Positions 41,228 through 52,333 are shown, numbered from the stretch's first letter. The stretch: DNA of 64,000 nucleotides from an uncultured Nitrososphaerota archaeon (GCA_963799845.1 CAWCYI010000004.1:64001-128000), one strand, 5' to 3'. The notes: generated from the letters alone by a model not told the origin. Translations and numbers: made by a program.

Positions 41228-41524
41228 TTGAGAGTAGTCGCCATAGGCAGTCGCGGTTTCGTTGCCGGTTTTGAACTCGCTGGTATGGACGGAATTAGAG
41301 TGGAGAATTCCCAGGAAGCTCTAACCCAAATTGAAAATAATCTGAATAAAACCGACGTGGCCCTGATCCTAGTTTCAGACGATGTCTCGGGGCCAATCCA
41401 TGATACGTTAACTGAGATCAGAACAAAGCGATCCATGCCGCTTATCTATGAAATACCTGCTCCAGGCAGCAAGAAAGAAAAAGTGGAGTACCGAGCGATG
41501 CTAAAGTCAATTTTGGGAGTCTAG
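41228..41524 (+). CDS. atpF: A/V-type ATP synthase subunit F
   Basis: VAIGS..VAGFELAG, ILVSD, PLIYEIP. Confidence 0.92.
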   Translation: MRVVAIGSRGFVAGFELAGMDGIRVENSQEALTQIENNLNKTDVALILVSDDVSGPIHDTLTEIRTKRSMPLIYEIPAPGSKKEKVEYRAMLKSILGV

Positions 41525-41531
41525 AGCGATT

Positions 41532-42137
41532 ATGAGTGGAATAGATTACACGGTAAAGAAGGTTAGCGACGAAGCCCTAAACGAAATGATTCAAAACATT
41601 GCCGACTCAAAAAATGCGGCGCTAGAAGTGGTTACAAAGAAAATGGCTGAAGCGCAAACTGAAGCAGTGAGAATTTCCGAGCAGGAAAGGAGACAGGCTG
41701 AAGCCCTGAAGCGGCAGATTATCGGTAGCGCTGAAATGACTTCGAGGAACCGCACACTGGAAATAATCGAAGACAATCTCAACTCGGCATTTTCTCAGGC
41801 GCTGAAGAAATTAGAGTCAACAACCAGCGGAGCGGATTATGCAAGGATCATGAAGTCTTTAGTTTTGGAAGGCATGGATGAAGTGGGCGGAAACGATTTT
41901 GTTATTTCAGCCAACACCCGAGATCAGCAAAATCTTCAACAGGTTATCGACAGTGTTTCAAGGGAAAAGGGAGTTAAGATCACTAGATCTGATTCTCGAC
42001 TATCGAACACCGTTGGCGGCGTTGTTATCTCATCTGCTGATGGATTTGTGACGTTTGATAACACCTACGAAGCAAGGCTTGAAAGATTAAAACCCGAGTT
42101 GCGAAAGCAAATTGCCCAGCTATTCACTGGAGTCTAG
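41532..42137 (+). CDS. atpE: A/V-type ATP synthase subunit E
   Basis: Coiled-coil N-terminus, GGVVISSADG..DNTYEARL. Confidence 0.92.
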   Translation: MSGIDYTVKKVSDEALNEMIQNIADSKNAALEVVTKKMAEAQTEAVRISEQERRQAEALKRQIIGSAEMTSRNRTLEIIEDNLNSAFSQALKKLESTTSGADYARIMKSLVLEGMDEVGGNDFVISANTRDQQNLQQVIDSVSREKGVKITRSDSRLSNTVGGVVISSADGFVTFDNTYEARLERLKPELRKQIAQLFTGV

Positions 42138-42182
42138 ACTAACAGAAAGATATTTTGGATTAGTGTTGGTGTAAAAAGAAGT

Positions 42183-43970
42183 ATGGTAGTCAAGGGAAAA
42201 GTAATCTGGATTAGCGGTCCCGCCGTAAAAGCGGATGGAATGGCTGCCTCGAAGATGTTTGAGACGGTTGAAGTCGGGGATGCGAAGATGGTCGGCGAGG
42301 TAATTCGGCTCACGGGCGATGTGGCCTTCGTTCAAGTTTATGAATCGACTTCGGGTTTGAGACCCGGAGAACCAGTTTACGGTACCGGTCAACCGTTATC
42401 GGTTTCCCTCGGTCCGGGGATGATGGGCAATGTCTACGACGGTCTTCAGAGGCCATTGAGCGTCATCGCGCAAAAATCCGGCGCATTTATCGGAAAGGGT
42501 GTCACCGCATCCCAGATCCCCATGGACAAATTGTGGGACTTTACTCCTAGAGTCAAGGTTGCCGATGATATCGTAGGGGGAACGATTTTGGGCATCGTCC
42601 CGGAAACGCAACTTATCGAACACAGGGTGATGGCGCCTCCGAATACACCAAAGGGAAAAGTTGTCGATGTCGTTCCTGCTGGGCAGTACAAAGTCGAAGA
42701 CGTCCTCGTCACATTTGAAGCGAACGGCCAAAAGATTCCACTGAAAATGTATCACAGATGGCCTGTTAGAATCGCAAGGCCGAGTGTGGAAAGATTTGAT
42801 CCTGAAATCCCGCTTCTTACTGGACAGAGAGTAATCGACACGTATTTCCCAATAGCGAAGGGTGGAACGGGTGCGATACCCGGTGGGTTCGGGACGGGAA
42901 AAACGGTCACACTCCATCAAGTGGCGACTTGGGCAGATGCGAAAGTTGTATTCGACGTTGGTTGCGGTGAGCGAGGAAACGAAATGACAGAAGTTCTCGT
43001 AAAGTTCCCCGAGCTTAAGGATCCAGCTACTGGTCGTCCTCTGATGGAGCGTACGATTCTAGTTGCAAACACGAGTAACATGCCGGTCGCCGCGCGAGAA
43101 GCGAGCATTTACACCGGCGTCACGATGGCAGAGTATTATCGAGATATGGGTTACGACACGGTTCTCGTAGCAGATTCGACTTCGCGATGGGCAGAAGCTT
43201 TGAGAGAGATTTCAGGGCGGCTTGAGGAAATGCCTGCCGAAGAGGGTTATCCATCTTATCTAGCATCGAGGCTCGCGGAATTTTACGAAAGAGCTGGACG
43301 AGTTCGCACTCTAGGAACGCCGGACAGGAATGGTTCGGTCACCCTCATTGGAGCGGTGTCTCCATCCGGCGCAGACTTCACTGAACCTGTAACAACCGCG
43401 ACGATCAGATTCATCAGGACTTTTTGGGCTTTAGATTCGAGATTGGCATATTCGAGACACTACCCCGCTATTAATTGGATGACCTCGTACTCTGGATACA
43501 TCAGCACGGTCGCAAAGTGGTGGGCGCAGAACGTCTCGAAAGATTGGGAGAGTTTGAGGAACGAATCATACGAGGTTTTGCAGAGGGAAGACGCACTGCG
43601 TGAAATCGTTCGTCTTTTGGGACCTGAAGCTCTTCCTGACGAAGAAAAGTTAATTCTGGAAATCGCTAGAATGATAAAGATCGGATTTTTGCAGCAAAAT
43701 TCGTACGATGCAGTAGATTCGTACTGCAGTCCCCAAAAGCAGGTAAAACTTATGCAGTTGTTGGTAACGTTCTATGGAGAAGCACTAAACGCCCTAAGAA
43801 ATGGCGTGACCCTCGCTCAGGTGAGAGCCAGTCCATTGATTCCCAGGATTTTGAGGGCGAAATTCGAGGTCAAAGAGTCTGAGCTCAACAAGCTCGACGA
43901 ACTGCTCGAAGACGTCAAGAAAGAATTTAGGGGCATGATGACGCAGGAGGTACAAGCGATTGCAAAGTAA
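42183..43970 (+). CDS. atpA: A/V-type ATP synthase subunit A (no intein)
   Basis: [42 protein letters not shown]. Confidence 0.97.
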   Translation: MVVKGKVIWISGPAVKADGMAASKMFETVEVGDAKMVGEVIRLTGDVAFVQVYESTSGLRPGEPVYGTGQPLSVSLGPGMMGNVYDGLQRPLSVIAQKSGAFIGKGVTASQIPMDKLWDFTPRVKVADDIVGGTILGIVPETQLIEHRVMAPPNTPKGKVVDVVPAGQYKVEDVLVTFEANGQKIPLKMYHRWPVRIARPSVERFDPEIPLLTGQRVIDTYFPIAKGGTGAIPGGFGTGKTVTLHQVATWADAKVVFDVGCGERGNEMTEVLVKFPELKDPATGRPLMERTILVANTSNMPVAAREASIYTGVTMAEYYRDMGYDTVLVADSTSRWAEALREISGRLEEMPAEEGYPSYLASRLAEFYERAGRVRTLGTPDRNGSVTLIGAVSPSGADFTEPVTTATIRFIRTFWALDSRLAYSRHYPAINWMTSYSGYISTVAKWWAQNVSKDWESLRNESYEVLQREDALREIVRLLGPEALPDEEKLILEIARMIKIGFLQQNSYDAVDSYCSPQKQVKLMQLLVTFYGEALNALRNGVTLAQVRASPLIPRILRAKFEVKESELNKLDELLEDVKKEFRGMMTQEVQAIAK

Positions 43971-45378
43971 TACTGCAGTGAAGAGTACCGGCGGAGTGGA
44001 GTACAGCAGGGTTGCCGAAATCCGCGGGCCGCTGCTCGTGATTGAAGGGGTCACCCGAGCGGCATATGACGAGCTCGTGGAAATCGAAACAGCCGATGGT
44101 AGAAGGCTTGGAAGAGTACTCGAAGTCGGAGGCGGACGAGCCGTGGTGCAGGTATTCGAGGGAACTTCGAGTCTCTCTACGATTGGTACAAAATCGAGAT
44201 TCACAGGCAAAACGATGGAAATTCCGGTTTCAAACGAACTACTCGGAAGGGTCTTCGACGGACTGGGAAGACCAGACGATGGATTGCCTCCTCCGGTAGG
44301 CGAAGATTTCAGAGATGTCAACGGGGCTCCCATAAATCCTGAGCAGCGAGCATATCCTGAGGACTTTATTCAGACAGGCGTTTCAGTTGTCGATGCGATG
44401 ATGACACTCGTCAGGGGGCAGAAACTTCCAATTTTCTCGGGCGCAGGCATGCCCCACAACCAGCTTGCAGCGCAGATTGCAAAACAGGCGACCGTTCTGG
44501 GCGAATCTGAGGAGTTCGCGGTGGTTTTCGCGGCAATTGGCGTCCAGCACGGTGAAGCTGCCTTCTTTCGGCGGACGCTGGAGGAGAGCGGCGCCATCAG
44601 ACGGAGTGCTCTTTTTCTGAACCTTGCGGACGATCCGGCCATCGAGAGAACAATTACCCCGAGAGTTGCCCTAACTGCTGCGGAGTACCTAGCCTTCGAT
44701 CTGGGATATCAAGTTCTTGCCATCATCACAGACATGACAAACTATGCGGAATCGCTCCGGGAGATTAGTGCTGCGAGGGAAGAAGTCCCAGGAAGAAAGG
44801 GATATCCAGGCTATCTTTACACCGACCTTGCTACGATCTATGAAAGGGCAGGTAAGATCAAGGGCAGGAAAGGTTCGGTAACTCAGATGCCGATCCTCTC
44901 AATGCCTTCCGATGATATTACGCACCCAATTCCTGATCTAACGGGCTATATCACAGAGGGCCAGATCGTGCTCGGTCGTGATCTGTTCCGAAAAGGAATT
45001 TATCCTCCGGTCAACGTTCTTTCTAGCCTCTCGAGGCTGCAGAAAGACGGAATCGGAGCTGGCAAAACTAGGGCAGACCACTCTGAAGTTCAAAGTCAAT
45101 TGTATGACGCTTATTCTAGGGCTCAGGAGCTCAGGTCCCTTGCTGAGATTGTAGGCAAAGCTGGTCTCTCTGGAGTTGATGCACAGTATCTCGACTTTGG
45201 CGATGTTTTCGAACAAAGGTTTCTGAAACAGAGCTACGACGAGAACAGGACCATCGAGGATACTCTGAATTTGGCCTGGGACATATTATCGGTCCTCCCC
45301 GAAGGCGAACTGACAAAGATCAGGACGGAGTACATCAAACAGTACTACAAGCCGCAAGTGGCGGCTCAAACGAGCTAG
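43960..45378 (+). CDS. atpB: A/V-type ATP synthase subunit B
   Basis: [40 protein letters not shown]. Confidence 0.97.
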   Translation: MQSNTAVKSTGGVEYSRVAEIRGPLLVIEGVTRAAYDELVEIETADGRRLGRVLEVGGGRAVVQVFEGTSSLSTIGTKSRFTGKTMEIPVSNELLGRVFDGLGRPDDGLPPPVGEDFRDVNGAPINPEQRAYPEDFIQTGVSVVDAMMTLVRGQKLPIFSGAGMPHNQLAAQIAKQATVLGESEEFAVVFAAIGVQHGEAAFFRRTLEESGAIRRSALFLNLADDPAIERTITPRVALTAAEYLAFDLGYQVLAIITDMTNYAESLREISAAREEVPGRKGYPGYLYTDLATIYERAGKIKGRKGSVTQMPILSMPSDDITHPIPDLTGYITEGQIVLGRDLFRKGIYPPVNVLSSLSRLQKDGIGAGKTRADHSEVQSQLYDAYSRAQELRSLAEIVGKAGLSGVDAQYLDFGDVFEQRFLKQSYDENRTIEDTLNLAWDILSVLPEGELTKIRTEYIKQYYKPQVAAQTS

Positions 45379-45386
45379 AGAAGAAA

Positions 45387-46055
45387 ATGTCCGTAGCTTC
45401 CGGTAACAAGGTTCTCCCCACAAAGATTGGTCTGATCCAGATCAAGAGATCGCTCAGGACTTCTCGAACCGTTTACAAGATACTGGAAGATAAGCGGGAA
45501 GTCCTGCTGAAGCGACTGGATGAAATGATCAACGAGGCTCAAAAATCAAGGGACGACATGTGGGAACCACTCTCTGAAGCATACCGTCAGCTCTTCGACT
45601 CGTATCTCCGGCTTGGACCGGCGAGTGTCGAATCAGTTGCTACTAGCACCCCTCCGACTGTGGATGTTTCGGTGAATGTCAGGACCATCGTCTCCGTGAA
45701 CGTTCCCACAATGAAGATTACGCAGAAGAATGTGGGTCTAACATACGGTTTTGCGGAGACCAACGAATCGATGGACAAGGCCACCAGAATGATGCGCAAC
45801 GTTCTGCCTGGCATTCTCAAAGCGGCGGAGATCGAGAATGCGATTTTCAGACTGGCTACCGAACTGGAGAAAACTCAGCGTTTATTGAATGCGCTTGAAT
45901 TCATCATAATTCCTGGCTATCAGGATAACATCAAATTCATCTCCGCTACATTGGAAGAGAGAGAGCGCGAAGAGTTCGTCAGATTGAAACAGGTAAAACG
46001 CATTCTCGAAAGGAAGAAAGAACTCGTTGAAGCTGTGGCGTCCCCGGAACAATAG
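45387..46055 (+). CDS. atpD: A/V-type ATP synthase subunit D
   Basis: PTKIGL, ILEDKREVL, KTQRLLNALE..IIP, LEEREREEF. Confidence 0.95.
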   Translation: MSVASGNKVLPTKIGLIQIKRSLRTSRTVYKILEDKREVLLKRLDEMINEAQKSRDDMWEPLSEAYRQLFDSYLRLGPASVESVATSTPPTVDVSVNVRTIVSVNVPTMKITQKNVGLTYGFAETNESMDKATRMMRNVLPGILKAAEIENAIFRLATELEKTQRLLNALEFIIIPGYQDNIKFISATLEEREREEFVRLKQVKRILERKKELVEAVASPEQ

Positions 46056-46067
46056 GTGTGATCTAAA

Positions 46068-46226
46068 ATAAATCAGGACGAAATAACTCAAAAGTTCAAA
46101 CGAGTCTCAGATGAAGTAGAGTCGATGGCACAGCAGCTTGAGCAAGACGTGAGAGCAAAGAATGCTGCGATACGAGACGAGACATCGAAAAAGTTCAGCG
46201 GCGTCGTTCAGCTCCTAGGAATCTGA
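46068..46226 (+). CDS. Small (52 aa) coiled-coil protein after atpD, probable ATA start
   Basis: AGGTGTG SD-like motif then ATA; INQDEITQKFKRVSDEVESMAQQLEQDVRAKNAAIRDETSKKFSGVVQLLGI; absent from ORF track. Confidence 0.55.
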   Translation: MNQDEITQKFKRVSDEVESMAQQLEQDVRAKNAAIRDETSKKFSGVVQLLGI

Positions 46227-46274
46227 ACACGCTTTTTTTATAGCCGGTTCCTGAGAACGATTTTTAGAACCGTT

Positions 46275-46399
46275 GCGGTTGTCGTCCAGTCATCCCCTTT
46301 CTCTTGTTGGGGATGGGAAAACCTGGTCTAGGACGTCAGCCCTCCAAGCTGTTGCAGCGAGCAGAGCTGAGAACCCGGGTTCAAATCCCGGCGACCGCA
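46275..46399 (+). tRNA. tRNA-Gly (UCC) with two introns: 15/16 (46290-46321) and 37/38 (46347-46364)
   Basis: Spliced 75-nt cloverleaf GCGGTTG/CGACCGC-A, D-stem GTCC/GGAC, anticodon stem TCAGC/GCTGA, GGTTCAAATCC; BHB-like intron hairpins; TTTTTATA box ~35 nt upstream. Confidence 0.9.
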
Positions 46400-46519
46400 C
46401 ATATTTTCATGGTATCTAATCCGCGACCTAGTTCCTACTTTAGTATAGTAGAACAGAAGTTGAATGACTCCAAACGTAAATCAAGTGTCTCCTCTGCGTC
46501 AAGGGCGCCACGTGGTAGC

Positions 46520-47558
46520 CTAAATCTGCCATCCCAGCGCAACGAAGATGATGTCTACAACTACGAGTATCGTCGCCATGTTCCTGGTGGATCCCCTGAT
46601 TATCTCGTCCCTCTGACTTTCTTCGAGTCGGAGCCTCAATGAATCCGCTACTTTCTGAGCAATCTCGCTCTGAATCGCAAAAACATCTTGAAAGTCTCTG
46701 TCGAAGCTTCTGCCCACACGTGCCGGTCCTTGTTCGCATCGATCAGCTGAACCGTTATACCAAGTCTGTTTCCTTCCTTTCGCACGCTCCCCTCCAAAAT
46801 CGTTCCAACACCCAGCTCTTTGGAAACTTCCCTTACCGACTTGGGTGCTTTCTTGTAGGGCATCACGGAAGTTCGCGAAATGACTTCAACCTGACTCTCG
46901 AAACCGTTGAGATAATTTCTTCAGTCATTCCATCGGCGAAGTACTCGTCCTGCGGGTCGGGGCTAATGTTTGTAAATGGTAGCACTGCGATTCTTCGGAC
47001 GTCCAAACGCGCCGAAGCGCGAATTGCTTCTTTTTCTCAAGGCATGACCATTTTGAAGACTTCAATCTGGTCGGTCACGTTCTTCAGAGATTTTAGTCCT
47101 AGGCTCGTAAGCTGGAGGTCTATTTTGCTCTGGACATGGTCGTACACTTGACGAGTTAGGCAGACACCGCCATCCTCCGCTAGAGGCTCAATTCTAGAAG
47201 TTACGTTGACAGCGTCACCTGATATATCGCCTTCTGACTCTACCACGTCGCCAAGGTGGACTCCTACCCGAAGATGAATTCTTCTTTGGTCGGACATGGA
47301 TATGTTGAACTCCCTGCATGCTCTCTGAATATCGTAAGCACACCTCACTGCATCCAGCGCATTAGGAAACTCGACAAGGAATGCATCTCCCATTGTCTTC
47401 ACCTCTCTGCCGTTGTGTCTGGTAAGAATCGGCCTGATTAACCTCCTTTGCTCGTCCGCAAGGGCAAGTGAAAGTGATTCATTCTTCTGTCCCAAGGCTG
47501 TATAGCCGATCATGTCCGTGTACATTATGGCGGCCAGTTTACGCTCTCCTCGAGACAT
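46520..47558 (-). pseudogene. Adenylate/guanylate cyclase + TolB-like domain protein, disrupted and truncated (no TPR part)
   Basis: RKLAAIMYTDMIGYT, GDAFLVEF, GDAVNVTSRI; then a stop/frameshift, RIAVLPFTNIS..YFADGMTEE, LEGSVRK, DVFAIQSEIA in shifting frames. Confidence 0.85.
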
Positions 47559-47858
47559 TTTGGTTACGACTCCCTCACGACACTGATGATAAATCCATTA
47601 GGGTAGTTCATATTCAGAGAGATTTAGAAGAGTCGGTTACTCTTCTCAATCATCAACGCTTGCACGATCTAAAGAAATAAATGACGAATGAGATTGAACC
47701 TAAAGCCAGCTCGCGCAATCCATTGTAGTTTTCTGAAGCGCAATCATTCAGGATGCGCGATAATTGCTTGAATATTACCGATATTTTGTCAGTCTAGCAG
47801 AATTTGGAATCTTTCCTTACCCTTAAATCATCGAGGATAAGCCATCGCATCATTCAAA

Positions 47859-48605
47859 TTGTATTGCCCCAAATGCGGCCAAGAAAACCCGGATGATGCG
47901 ACTTTTTGCCAGAAATGTGGTGCTGATCTAAAGGTAAGCTCGACTTCCTCGGGAAATGCCTCGACTGGAGGTGGAATGCCAACTTCTACCCCTCCTCCGG
48001 CTTATTCAGGTGCCAATCCAATGCCCACATCTTTCAATATCATGGGTACAATCAAGCACGCATTTGATCTTGTAAAGAGTCCCGCATCTGTCATGACAGC
48101 CTACAAGGACTCCGATCCGTCGCTCAATTCGTTGATCATCAACTACGTGGCAATTCTAGCTGCAATTGATTTTATTGGTACTTTAATCGGCGATTTATTG
48201 TTCTTCGGAGCAGGTTATGCGATCGCGTCAGCGATCTTGTATTACATCTTAGGGATTGTCCAAGTATTTGTTGTCGGTTTCATCATTTGGAAGCTTGCGC
48301 CTAATTTTGGATCGACAACTACCCAGGTTCGAGCTACTAGACTTGCTGCGTACGCTTTCACACCTTACTTTCTAGTGTCGATTCTGAAGATTATTCCAGT
48401 AATTGGGTTGGTAGTGATTCTCGGTCTATTGTACGGCTTGTACATTCTATATCTCGGATTGCCCATCATGCTTGGAACCCCGAAAGACAAGGCTCTTACT
48501 TACTTCATTGTGATCCTCGTTGTAACCTTCGTCGTCTACTTTGTGATCTCGTTAATCATTGGCGGGATTACCGTTGCAGCGTTCCATATTGGCGGGTTAA
48601 TGTAA
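47859..48605 (+). CDS. Zinc-ribbon + Yip1-family membrane protein
   Basis: YCPKCG..DATFCQKCG, multiple TM helices, LYGLYILYLGLP. Confidence 0.85.
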   Translation: MYCPKCGQENPDDATFCQKCGADLKVSSTSSGNASTGGGMPTSTPPPAYSGANPMPTSFNIMGTIKHAFDLVKSPASVMTAYKDSDPSLNSLIINYVAILAAIDFIGTLIGDLLFFGAGYAIASAILYYILGIVQVFVVGFIIWKLAPNFGSTTTQVRATRLAAYAFTPYFLVSILKIIPVIGLVVILGLLYGLYILYLGLPIMLGTPKDKALTYFIVILVVTFVVYFVISLIIGGITVAAFHIGGLM

Positions 48606-48788
48606 CTATTAGGATGACCCCATGCGCAAATTAACAGGATCTCGGATAGCTTATCGAAATAGTAGGTTTGGTTTTCCTTTCTCCTTGATTGGACAAGATG
48701 GCCATGTCGATCTTTAAACTGTGAAATGATTCAACATCAGTCGAAATTGTAGGGATAACTCCGATTTAATGAAAGGAGCGATACGAAC

Positions 48789-49727
48789 ATGAATGGCAGA
48801 ACAATGAATTTGGAGGAATTCGATAGCCTGTTTCATCAGGTGTCCAATTGGGGCCGATGGGGATCGGATGATGAGAGAGGAACTCTAAACTTTCTCACAC
48901 CTTCGATTGTTGCGAGAGCATCTGAGCTGATTCGAAGTGGTAAGTCCGTTTCGATGGGAAGACCAATAGATACCGTCGCATCCATCGACAATCCCGATCC
49001 GGCAATTCATCACATGACACGCTGCTATGATATCGCTTCAAAGAATAAAGACGACGGCGTGCAATTTTCGGCCGATTATCTCGGATGTGCCTGCCACGGC
49101 TGCGCCCACAGCCACTTCGATGCTCTCTGCCATGTTGCCTACAAGGGGAGGCTGTACAACGACCGGCCAACAAACATGGTGACCTCTCAAGGTGCAAAGG
49201 TGATGGATGTAACTCACTACAGTCAGGGCATCGTTGGCAGAGGAGTGCTTCTTGACATACCGAGATTGAGGAACGTAAAGTGGCTTGAACCGGGCGAAGC
49301 CGTTACAGCCGAAGAATTAGAGGCCGCGGAGAATGCCGAGGGGGTAAAGCTAGGAGATGGTGATATTTTCGTTTTCCGAGTTGGACACTATAAACGGAGG
49401 ATTGAATTGGGGCCCTGGGACGTTGATAAGGAGGGAAGAGCGGGGTTACATCCTACAGCAATGAAATTACTGCATGAAAGGAAGATTGCTGCATTCTTTC
49501 CAGACGGCGATGGCGAAGTAAAACCCAGTCCTGTAGAATCAATTTCTCATCCTGTTCATGCCTTGCAGATTGCTTCCATGGGACTTGCATGCGCCGACAG
49601 TCTGCAGCTCGAAGAGCTTTCAAAAGAGTGCGAGAGCGAAGGAAGGTGGGACTTCATGGCAGTGCTCTCACCTCTCAGGCTTTCGGGTGGCACGGGATCG
49701 TTGGTCAATCCGATAGCAATCTTCTAG
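48789..49727 (+). CDS. Cyclase family (kynurenine-formamidase-like) metal hydrolase
   Basis: NWGRWG.DDERGTLN, SHFDALCH, GRGVLLD, GGTGSLVNPIAIF. Confidence 0.9.
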   Translation: MNGRTMNLEEFDSLFHQVSNWGRWGSDDERGTLNFLTPSIVARASELIRSGKSVSMGRPIDTVASIDNPDPAIHHMTRCYDIASKNKDDGVQFSADYLGCACHGCAHSHFDALCHVAYKGRLYNDRPTNMVTSQGAKVMDVTHYSQGIVGRGVLLDIPRLRNVKWLEPGEAVTAEELEAAENAEGVKLGDGDIFVFRVGHYKRRIELGPWDVDKEGRAGLHPTAMKLLHERKIAAFFPDGDGEVKPSPVESISHPVHALQIASMGLACADSLQLEELSKECESEGRWDFMAVLSPLRLSGGTGSLVNPIAIF

Positions 49728-49763
49728 TCCGAGCTGAGAAGTGATTTCGAGTCGTACTCTAAA

Positions 49764-51086
49764 TCAGTCAAGATCCGATGCTGACTCAAAATTCCATGAA
49801 ACATCATTCTTTGTTTCAGTTTCTGAGTTTTTTCGAATGACGAATCCTTCTTCGAATAGTTTCTTTACGATGTACGCCGAGTAAGCCGGCGCACCTGTCG
49901 CACCCGGAGAATTGTAATTCAGAATATGGAAAGATCTTCTCCCTTGCAATGTTACCGCTTCAGGAACGAAACCGTGTTCGTCGATAAGGGAGCTTCTTAC
50001 TCCGGATAGTCCCCTGCCCTGAAGGTTGTCGGCAACGAGAGAAGGGATGAACTGTCTTACTCTTTCGCACATTGTCTTCTTTGATACAGAGCTCCTCCAC
50101 TCCTGCCAGACAAGTGATAGAAATTGCGAGTTGGTGAAGAGTCTCAACTTTGGAGAGTTCGGGCGCTCGAAGATCTTTTCCAATAGCTCCGCCTTGCTCT
50201 TTGAGAATCCTGAATAGGCGTTAGGACCGGAGACGAGCATAGCGTTAGGTCCTATTTCGCGTCTCCCATTTGCTCTAACGATAAAGTGCGGATCGAGAAA
50301 GGGGAACTCTTTGTGCTTTGCAACCGAGTAGACATTTCTGCTAATATTCCGTCCAAATGCATTCCCTACCACCCAGTAATCTCCTCGAAAGTGAAGGTCA
50401 GTATACTGTTTTGCCAGTCCCAATTTGTGCGCGATATCGATAGAATTTCCTCCGGCGGCGTTGATCATGAAATTGCAGGAGATTCTTGAAGACAAACCTG
50501 ATTTATTTTGTAGATCTAGATTGACTCCGTTCGAGTCCTCTTCAATGTGCTTGACTTCGGCATTTCCGAGGAACTCTACTCCTTTCTTTTTGGCCAGTTC
50601 GAAGACGCAGTTGGTGAGGTCACTGTAGTTTACTGTCGTATCTTTTTTCGAATAAATGGCGCCAGCGCAGAGGACAAGCGGTTCTATTTTGCTTACCCCT
50701 GAAGAATCCAATAGTTCAACTTCACTCTCATCCATTCCATTCTTCATCGCCCAATCCTTGTATTGAACCAATGTGTCCAGTTGTGAATCCTGTACGGCCA
50801 CTTCCAGAGTCCCGACTTCATGCCATGGTAAATGATATTGAGCCGCAAGATCCGACCAGAGGAAGTACGAGTTCTGGGCTGCCCTCGCGAATATTCTTTT
50901 CTTGTCTGGATTTAGATAGAACGGCCTGTGGATTACGCCGGTATTTCTTGAGGAAGTATGGATTGCAACCCGACTTTCCTTGTCGATTAGGGCAATCGAG
51001 CAGTTAGAAAGCTGGGAGAGCCAAAACGCGATTGTGACTCCGAGCACTCCTGCACCGATTATCGCGACGTCGAAACTGTCTCTCAC
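49764..51086 (-). CDS. FAD-dependent oxidoreductase, L-2-hydroxyglutarate oxidase family
   Basis: IIGAGVLG, HTSSRNTGVIH, PFLDPHF, NSPGAT. Confidence 0.85.
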   Translation of the reverse strand: MRDSFDVAIIGAGVLGVTIAFWLSQLSNCSIALIDKESRVAIHTSSRNTGVIHRPFYLNPDKKRIFARAAQNSYFLWSDLAAQYHLPWHEVGTLEVAVQDSQLDTLVQYKDWAMKNGMDESEVELLDSSGVSKIEPLVLCAGAIYSKKDTTVNYSDLTNCVFELAKKKGVEFLGNAEVKHIEEDSNGVNLDLQNKSGLSSRISCNFMINAAGGNSIDIAHKLGLAKQYTDLHFRGDYWVVGNAFGRNISRNVYSVAKHKEFPFLDPHFIVRANGRREIGPNAMLVSGPNAYSGFSKSKAELLEKIFERPNSPKLRLFTNSQFLSLVWQEWRSSVSKKTMCERVRQFIPSLVADNLQGRGLSGVRSSLIDEHGFVPEAVTLQGRRSFHILNYNSPGATGAPAYSAYIVKKLFEEGFVIRKNSETETKNDVSWNFESASDLD

Positions 51087-51244
51087 AATTTCCGATGCTC
51101 ATCCCTGGAGTAAAATCCTTGTGCCTAGAGTGTGAGCGGTAGAAATGGAATCTGCTCTTGTGTAACCTTAAGCGATATAGCGATTCTAAGATATTCTCAT
51201 TATAGATTAAGCCCAAATCAGTGAAGGAACTTCTGAAATGATAT

Positions 51245-52333
51245 TAGGAGTTACGCATTTGGCCGAAAAGAATTTGGCCAGGATTGTTTCTCTGGTTCAT
51301 CAGACGCTGCATGAACCCTCCAAAATGCGATGACAATGACTACATAGACTTCCTGATAGCATCCCAGAAATCATTCGCTTGCACCGAAGCTGCTAGATGT
51401 CAGCCTGATGATGATGCAGGAGTCACGCCGCCAGCACACGATAGCTTCACCCGCCTTCTGGAGAGACTGCCTGCGGATACAGAAGCGCTCTGGGATGAGG
51501 CGAAGAGGATCATCGCCGTTACTGCGGGAGGAGTACTGATAGTCGATGATTCAACTCTGGACAAACCGTACGCGGAGAAGATGGATTACGTCACGTACCA
51601 CTGGAGCGGAAAACACCACAGTGTGGTGAAGGGGATAAATCTCATCACAACACTATGGAGCGATGGTAACGCCCTCATTCCATGTGACTTTAGACTCTAC
51701 AATGCGTCAAAAGACGGTCTCACCAAGAACGATCACTTCCAGGACATGTTGTTGGTTGCAAAGCAGAGAGGGATGGAACCAAAATACGTCCTCTTTGACA
51801 GCTGGTACTCGAGCATGGAAAATCTGAAGCTCATCGCAAGGGAGCTCGGGTGGCATTTCTTCTGCCGCCTCAAGGAGAACAGGCTCGTCAATCCAACGGG
51901 CAGAAAAAAAGGAAACAAACCAATCAAGGACGTGGAGATCCCGCCTGAGGGAACCACGGTTCATCTCATGGGATTCGGAATGGTCAGGGTGTTCAGGACA
52001 GCCTCCAAGAAAGGAGACATTGAACACTGGGCTACCGATGACGTTGGGATGAATGAGGAAAAGAGAGATGAACTCTCTGACCAAGGATGGGGAATCGAGG
52101 AGTACCACAGAGGAGTCAAGCAGTGTTGTGGCATTGAGAGGGCTCAGGTCAGGAAGGCGACATCCATTCTGAATCACATCCACATGTCAATAAGGGCGTT
52201 CATACGTCTAGAATTGTGCAGATTGATGACCGGGATAAGCTGGTACGAAGCGAAGGCGAGAATCGTCAGAGATGCGATAAGGAGCTACATTGCACACCCA
52301 ATCTATCTTCTTGGGTCAACCGCGTAACTCCTA
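51245..52333 (+). mobile_element. IS701-family insertion sequence, 1089 bp, 5-bp TSD GATAT
   Basis: IRs TAGGAGTTACGC.../...GCGTAACTCCTA; GATAT at 51240-51244 and 52334-52338. Confidence 0.9.
51311..52327 (+). CDS. IS701-family DDE transposase
   Basis: HDSFTRLL, LIVDDSTLDK, VLFDSWY, WGIEEYHRGVKQ; ATG 51311; stop lies inside the right IR. Confidence 0.92.
   Translation: MNPPKCDDNDYIDFLIASQKSFACTEAARCQPDDDAGVTPPAHDSFTRLLERLPADTEALWDEAKRIIAVTAGGVLIVDDSTLDKPYAEKMDYVTYHWSGKHHSVVKGINLITTLWSDGNALIPCDFRLYNASKDGLTKNDHFQDMLLVAKQRGMEPKYVLFDSWYSSMENLKLIARELGWHFFCRLKENRLVNPTGRKKGNKPIKDVEIPPEGTTVHLMGFGMVRVFRTASKKGDIEHWATDDVGMNEEKRDELSDQGWGIEEYHRGVKQCCGIERAQVRKATSILNHIHMSIRAFIRLELCRLMTGISWYEAKARIVRDAIRSYIAHPIYLLGSTA

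Noticed and set aside
33030-43970. Inteins in NrdJ or AtpA
   Set aside because: Both have normal length and uninterrupted motifs
46275-46399. Reading the tRNA as Trp (CU-CCA)
   Set aside because: The anticodon stem does not pair in that register and the GCG/CGC-A acceptor is Gly-type
46304-46642. 112-aa ORF and overlapping ORFs
   Set aside because: They overlap the tRNA and run antisense to the cyclase remnant
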